Shown: piece by piece, positions 57,031 through 64,000 of the stretch
Numbering within the stretch: the first letter of the stretch is position 1
How the letters are laid out: every line of letters begins with the position of its first letter
DNA from: Eledone cirrhosa
Taxonomy: Eukaryota
Reading direction: 5' to 3'
Length of the DNA stretch: 64,000 nt
Assembly: GCA_964016885.1 (NCBI GenBank)
Contig: OZ024766.1
Coordinates: 10,354,001-10,418,000 of the forward strand
Position numbers and translations under genes: made by a program
The notes under the pieces: generated by a model
Told to the model about the DNA's origin: nothing
The model's input: the letters and a program-made list of their open reading frames with translations, nothing else
The model's database searches: none

Positions 57031-57977
57031 TCATCATCATCATCATCATCATTTTACGTCCATTTTTCCCTGCTTGCAAGGGTGGGACGGGTCCTATTCA
57101 GCACAGCATCTCTCCACTTGTCACGGTCCTTTGTCATCTTCTCCGTGAGCTTCACCACCTCCGCCTATGTTTTTTGTGGTCTTCCTTTACTGCGTCTTCT
57201 TTCTTCTGGGATTTTTTGGCAATTCTTCACCCAGTGGTCATCCTCCATGCGCATCATATGTCCATACCATCTCAGTCTTCTCTCCCACACACTACAGCTT
57301 ATCCCTCTTATACCCAGTTTCTCTCTCAACTCATCACATGTCCATACCATTTCAGTCTTCTCTCCCACACACTACAACTTATCCCTCTTATACACAGTTT
57401 CTCTCTCAACACATCACATGTCCATACCATCTTAGTCTTCTCTCCTACACACTACAACTTATCCCTCTTATACACAGTTTCTCTCTCAACTCATCACATG
57501 TCCATACCATCTCAGTCTTCTCTCCCACACACTACAACTTATCCCTCTTATACCCAGTTTCTCTCTCAACTCATCACATGTCCATACCATTTCAGTCTTC
57601 TCTCCCACACACTACAACTTATCCCTCTTATACCCAGTTTATCTCTCAACTCATCACATGTCCATACCATCTCAGTCTTCTCTCTCACACACTACAACTT
57701 ATCCCTCTTATACCCAGTTTCTCTCTCAACACATCACATGTCCATACCATCTCAGTCTTCTCTCCCGCGCACTACAGCTTATCCCTCTTATACACAGTTT
57801 CTCTCTCAACTCATCTATGCTTGGTCGTTCACGCACATTGACATTGTACATCCAACGGAGCATGCTTGCTTCATTTCTCTCCAGCCATCGCATATCCTCC
57901 ACAGTTGCTGCCCATATCTCACTGCCATGCAGCATCGTGCATCTCACACAGGCATCATAAAACCGGACTTTTGACTG
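57031..57977 (-). mobile_element. RTE 3' fragment with ~7 x 80-bp expansion and ~70-bp flanking duplication
   Basis: RTE C-terminal peptide; array ~57255-57817; 56958-57030 duplicated at 57978-58048. Confidence 0.88.
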
Positions 57978-58196
57978 TATTAAATTACAGACAAGCACTC
58001 AAACACAGAGTTTTAGTAGTATATAGATTGAAGTGAAACCAACAGGTGCATCTGTTTATATTGGTAACATGACCCTCCCAAAGTATAACAATATCTGTTT
58101 CAAGAGACATTTCCACATAAGAAATCTTGCAAAACAAATATAAAAATTAAGACAACCGACTGAACAGGGATTTCGAGACTAGATATGGGCATTAAC

Positions 58197-58425
58197 TTAA
58201 CCCTTTAGCATTTAAACCGGCCATATCTGGCCAGAATTCTCGCACCTTTTTCCATTCAAACTGACCCCAACCGGCCCCTCATACTGACTTTAAGGTATTG
58301 TTCTCAAAATAAATAATATCAAAATCTTATAGATTCAATATTATGTGAGATATTATGTAAGATAAGGCCTTTTACTGCAAACATACAATAGTTTATAAAG
58401 AGTAATGTAAATACTAAAGGGTTTA
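58197..58425. mobile_element. piggyBac-type MITE with one satellite-like monomer at its right end (second partial copy 58606-58825)
   Basis: TTAACCCTTTAGCATTTA...GAGTAATGTAAATACTAAAGGGTTTA. Confidence 0.75.
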
Positions 58426-58825
58426 CCATACCATGCTAGGTGATACATTGATCTCTATCGACCAATCAACTGGCTGAAATGATCACCTGATTAATGCTTT
58501 TTATTGTTCTATGCCCAAACACAGAGTTTTAGTAACATACGAGACCACCCATGAACGTTTGGGTGATGTTAACTTCAAAATATTTTTAAAAATCATGTTC
58601 ACTTCACCTTTTAGCATTTAAACCGGTCGTATCCAGCCAGAATTTCCTCACCTCTTTCTGTTCAAACCGGTTGTAACTAGCCACTCATACTGATGTTAAG
58701 GTATTGTTCTGAAAATAAATAATATCCAAATCTCATAAATTCAATATTATGTGAGATAATTATGAAAATTTACCATGAAAATACAATATTAAATATAGAG
58801 TAATGTAAATGTTATGTGAGATAAA

Positions 58826-59630
58826 GCAGTGGAGACTTCTGGTGACCTCCGCCCTAGGGCTACCTCCCTACTTACCACCATAGGCACAGACCTGGCTGCC
58901 TGTAGCAGTGGAGACTTCTGGTGTCCTTGGCCCTAGGGCTACCTCCCTACTTACCACCATAGGCACAGACCTGGCTACCTGTAGCAGTGGAGACTTCTGG
59001 TGTCCTTGGCCCTAGGGCTACCTCCCTACTTACCACCATAGGTGCTGAGCTGGCTACCCCTAACAGTAGAGACTTCTGGTGTCCTTGGCCCTAGGGCTAC
59101 CTCCCTACTCACCACCATAGGTGCTGAGCTGGCTACCCCTAGCAGTGGAGACTTCTGGTGTCCTTGGCCCTAGGGCTACCTCCCTACTCACCACCATAGG
59201 CACTGAGCTGGCTACCCCTAACAGTAGAGACTTCTGGTGTCCTTGGCCCTAGGGCTACCTCCCTACTCACCACCATAGGTGCTGAGCTGGCTACCCCTAG
59301 CAGTGGAGACTTCTGGTGTCCTTGGCCCTAGGGCTACCTCCCTACTTACCACCATAGGTGCTGAGCTGGCTACCCCTAACAGTAGAGACTTCTGGTGTCC
59401 TTGGCCCTAGGGCTACCTCCCTACTCACCACCATAGACGCTGAGCTGGCCAGCTGCAGGTGTGAGCCTCGCGAGCTGAAATGGCTTTTCCAGTGTGTCTC
59501 CCTTGCCGTCCTCCAGGGGAACGCCCTTCTCCATTCTGTCCACCGGGGGGCTGTAGGGAAGCCACCAATATGGTTGACTGACTTGTCATTTTATCATGTA
59601 CTTTTTATATATCTATATCTGTCCAACACC
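58826..59630 (+). mobile_element. CRE-like non-LTR element 3' end with ~8 x 79-bp tandem expansion
   Basis: PL.VETSGVLGPRATSLL..I...L...FQ.VSLAVLQGNA resembles the CRE restriction-like endonuclease C-terminus; 79-bp period 58826-59450. Confidence 0.72.
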
Positions 59631-59694
59631 ATATGATGAAAGCTTGGTTGAAGGTAGTGGCTGTAAGATTTCACTTAGGTGACTTAGGCAAGCC

Positions 59695-60560
59695 TGTAGT
59701 GACCTACATTCCGCGGGCTCACATACATTCTCTGTGCGTGATTTGGCTCAGTTCAGCCAATCAGCGCCAGTAGAAGAGGATGTATCCCTACGCACCCTGA
59801 GGAAGAAATTCCCCGCGAAGATTTGAAGAATCTCTCTCTTGTACCGGAAACTTCGAGCCAGCAACATGCATAATGTAACGGTGAGATCTTGCACCCCTAG
59901 CCTCGCCGGCTTAACGGCGCAATGGCACATTCCCTTTTGTAACCTCTTTTTATCTGTAACTTCAACCATATAAGTTAACAAACATTATTTGTACTACAAA
60001 GAGTTGGGAGGGAGGGCCCTTCAATTGTGTCAAGGGTATGACCACCTCCCCAGTGATACAAAGGGCCCCAGCCATAGAAGGTTTGCCATACAAAGGCGGT
60101 GGATTGGCAGTATCGGTAGAGGGTCGGACGCCATGCTTTCCAGCATAGTTACGTCCCTTTACGATCTGAGTTCAAATCCCGCCGAGGTTGACTTTGCCTT
60201 TCATCCTTACGGGGTCGATAAAATAAAGTACCAGTAATGCACTGGGTAATTGCTGGCCTTGTGCCTGAAGTAGAAACAATTATTTGTACTACATCAAAAA
60301 TAAACATCCATTTCATCTCTAATTACTGCTGTTGACATCGTTATTGTGTTACTCGTGTCTCAATAACATCTATAATCCATGCTGCTGGAATTGGCGACCT
60401 GACGAAAGGAATATTGTAAATAGATCGAGGGACCTTCCCTCACGTCTATGTCAACAAGATAATCCAACGAGGATACTATCACTTACCACACTGGCAACTA
60501 ACGACCTTCAATCATCTACCCTGTTAAAGTAACGACTACTGATACTACCACCCTGCTAAA
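59695..60560 (+). mobile_element. Second copy of the unclassified ~550-bp element, interrupted by a SINE-containing insert
   Basis: Reverse-complement homolog of 25083-25604; starts TGTAGTGACC. Confidence 0.8.
60095..60283 (+). mobile_element. SINE family A
   Basis: GGCGGTGGATTGGCAGTATCGG head, B box, Meta-type core. Confidence 0.87.
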
Positions 60561-60641
60561 AGCCATTCAGAAGGCTTCACAGGCCGCAGGTTTCCCATGA
60601 GTGCTTTAAATCCATCTGTGTAAAACTGAGGGCCATGAGGT

Positions 60642-63600
60642 TTAACCCTTTAACATTTACATTACTCTATATATACTATTGTATTTTCACAGTAAAGGCT
60701 TTACCTCACATAATATCTCACATAACATTTACATTACTCTATATATACTATTGTATTTTCACAGTAAATGCTTTACCTCATAATATCTCACACAACATTT
60801 ACATTACTCTATATATACTATTGTATTGTCACAGTAAAGGCTTTACCTCACATAATATCTCACACAACATTTACATTACTCTCTATATACTATTGTATTG
60901 TCACAGTAAAGGCTTTACCTCACATAATATCTCCCATAACATTTACATTACTCTATATATACTATTGTATTTTCACAGTAAAGGCTTTACCTCACATAAT
61001 ATCTCACATAACATTTACATTACTCTATATATACTATTGTATTTTCACAGTAAAGTCTTAACCTCACATAATATCTCACATAACATTTACATTACTCTAT
61101 ATATACTATTGTATTTTCACAGTAAAGGCTTTACCTCACATAATATCTCACATAACATTTACATTACTCTATATATACTATTGTATTTTCACAGTAAATG
61201 CTTTACCTCACATAATATCTCACACAACATTTACATTACTCTATATATACTATTGTATTGTCACAGTAAAGGCTTTACCTCACATAATATCTCACATAAC
61301 GTTTACATTACTCTATATATACTATTGTATTTTCACAGTAAAGGCTTTACCTCACATAATATCTCACATAACATTTACATTACTCTATATATACTATTGT
61401 ATTTTCACAGTAAAGTCTTAACCTCACATAATATCTCACATAACATTTACATTACTCTATATATACTATTGTATTTTCACAGTAAAGGCTTTACCTCACA
61501 TAATATCTCACATAACATTTACATTACTCTATATATACTATTGTATTTTCACAGTAAATGCTTTACCTCACATAATATCTCACACAACATTTACATTACT
61601 CTATATATACTATTGTATTGTCACAGTAAAGGCTTTACCTCACATAATATCTCACACAACATTTACATTACTCTCTATATACTATTGTATTGTCACAGTA
61701 AAGGCTTTACCTCACATAATATCTCACATAACATTTACATTACTCTATATATACTATTGTATTTTCACAGTAAAGGCTTTACCTCACATAATATCTCACA
61801 TAACATTTACATTACTCTATATATACTATTGTATTTTCACAGTAAAGGCTTTACCTCACATAATATCTCACATAACATTTACATTACTCTATATATACTA
61901 TTGTATTTTCACAGTAAATGCTTTACCTCACATAATATCTCACACAACATTTACATTACTCTATATATACTATTGTATTGTCACAGTAAAGGCTTTACCT
62001 CACATAATATCTCACACAACATTTACATTACTCTCTATATACTATTGTATTGTCACAGTAAAGGCTTTACCTCACATAATATCTCCCATAACATTTACAT
62101 TACTCTATATATACTATTGTATTTTCACAGTAAAGGCTTTACCTCACATAATATCTCACATAACATTTACATTACTCTATATATACTATTGTATTTTCAC
62201 AGTAAAGTCTTAACCTCACATAATATCTCACATAACATTTACATTACTCTATATATACTATTGTATTTTCACAGTAAAGGCTTTACCTCACATAATATCT
62301 CACATAACATTTACATTACTCTATATATACTATTGTATTTTCACAGTAAATGCTTTACCTCACATAATATCTCACACAACATTTACATTACTCTATATAT
62401 ACTATTGTATTGTCACAGTAAAGGCTTTACCTCACATAATATCTCACATAACGTTTACATTACTCTATATATACTATTGTATTTTCACAGTAAAGGCTTT
62501 ACCTCACATAATATCTCACATAACATTTACATTACTCTATATATACTATTGTATTTTCACAGTAAAGTCTTAACCTCACATAATATCTCACATAACATTT
62601 ACATTACTCTATATATACTATTGTATTTTCACAGTAAAGGCTTTACCTCACATAATATCTCACATAACATTTACATTACTCTATATATACTATTGTATTT
62701 TCACAGTAAATGCTTTACCTCACATAATATCTCACACAACATTTACATTACTCTATATATACTATTGTATTGTCACAGTAAAGGCTTTACCTCACATAAT
62801 ATCTCACACAACATTTACATTACTCTCTATATACTATTGTATTGTCACAGTAAAGGCTTTACCTCACATAATATCTCACATAACATTTACATTACTCTAT
62901 ATATACTATTGTATTTTCACAGTAAAGGCTTTACCTCACATAATATCTCACATAACATTTACATTACTCTATATATACTATTGTATTTTCACAGTAAAGG
63001 CTTTACCTCACATAATATCTCACATAACATTTACATTACTCTATATATACTATTGTATTTTCACAGTAAAGTCTTAACCTCACATAATATCTCACATAAC
63101 ATTTACATTACTCTATATATACTATTGTATTTTCACAGTAAAGGCTTTACCTCACATAATATCTCACATAACATTTACATTACTCTATATATACTATTGT
63201 ATTTTCACAGTAAAGGCTTTACCTCACATAATATCTCACATAACATTTACATTACTCTATATATACTATTGTATTTTCACAGTAAAGGCTTTACCTCACA
63301 TAACATTTACATTACTCTATATATACTATTGTATTTTCACAGTAAAGGCTTTACCTCACATAATATCTCACATAACATTTACATTACTCTATATATACTA
63401 TTGTATTTTCACAGTAAAGGCTTTACCTCACATAATATCTCACATAACATTTACATTACTCTATATATACTATTGTATTTTCACGGTAAAGGCTTTACCT
63501 CACATAATATCTCACATAACATTTACATTACTCTATATATACTATTGTATTTTCACAGTAAAGGCTTTACCTCACATAATATCTCACATAACATTTACAT

Positions 63601-64000
63601 TACTCTATATATACTATTGTATTTTCACAGTAAAGGCTTTACCTCACATAATATCTCACATAACATTTACATTACTCTATATATACTATTGTATTTTCAC
63701 AGTAAAGTCTTTACCTCACATAACATTTACATTACTCTATATATACTATTGTATTGTCACAATAAAGGCTTTACCTCACATAATATCTCACATAACATTT
63801 ACATTACTCTATATATACTATTGTATTTTCACAGTAAAGTCTTTACCTCACATAACATTTACATTACTCTATATATACTATTGTATTGTCACAATAAAGG
63901 CTTTACCTCACATAATATCTCACATAACATTTACATTACTCTATATATACTATTGTATTTTCACAGTAAAGGCTTTACCTCACATAATATCTCACATAAC
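60642..64000 (+). repeat. 72-bp satellite array starting at a TTAA-CCCT transposon end, with higher-order structure
   Basis: TTAACCCTTTAACATTTAC start; variants recur at 360-bp and 1152-bp spacing; runs off the window. Confidence 0.95.

Overview
Eukaryotic, gene-poor, repeat-saturated window, probably from an octopod cephalopod. That assignment is inferred from the tRNA-derived SINE families, RTE LINEs, TTAA/CCCT MITEs and very large (TA)n tracts. Most short ORFs in the track are microsatellite artefacts. Real content: one RTE-clade LINE with an intact ORF (APE + RT with an inserted PHD-like finger) and many 5'-truncated copies; a near-intact L1/Tx1 LINE; decayed CR1 and CRE LINEs; non-autonomous Helitrons; a Tc1/maT remnant; piggyBac-type MITEs; two SINE families; several TE-derived tandem arrays; a 200-N gap; and two coding exons of one Pro/Gly/Tyr-rich host gene. 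Main hidden signals: (1) nine well-formed type I hammerhead ribozyme motifs plus several decayed ones, in short non-coding islands between TA tracts and often inside local inverted duplications (Penelope-pLTR/retrozyme-like), including a U3-A8 covariant core; (2) a minimal HDV-like ribozyme heading a ~610-bp internally deleted RTE-type element; (3) repeated conversion of 61-139 bp TE segments (RTE twice, CR1, CRE, Helitron, piggyBac MITE) into tandem arrays, including a foldback element built from 72-bp satellite units. All RNA folds were assigned by eye and have not been computed.
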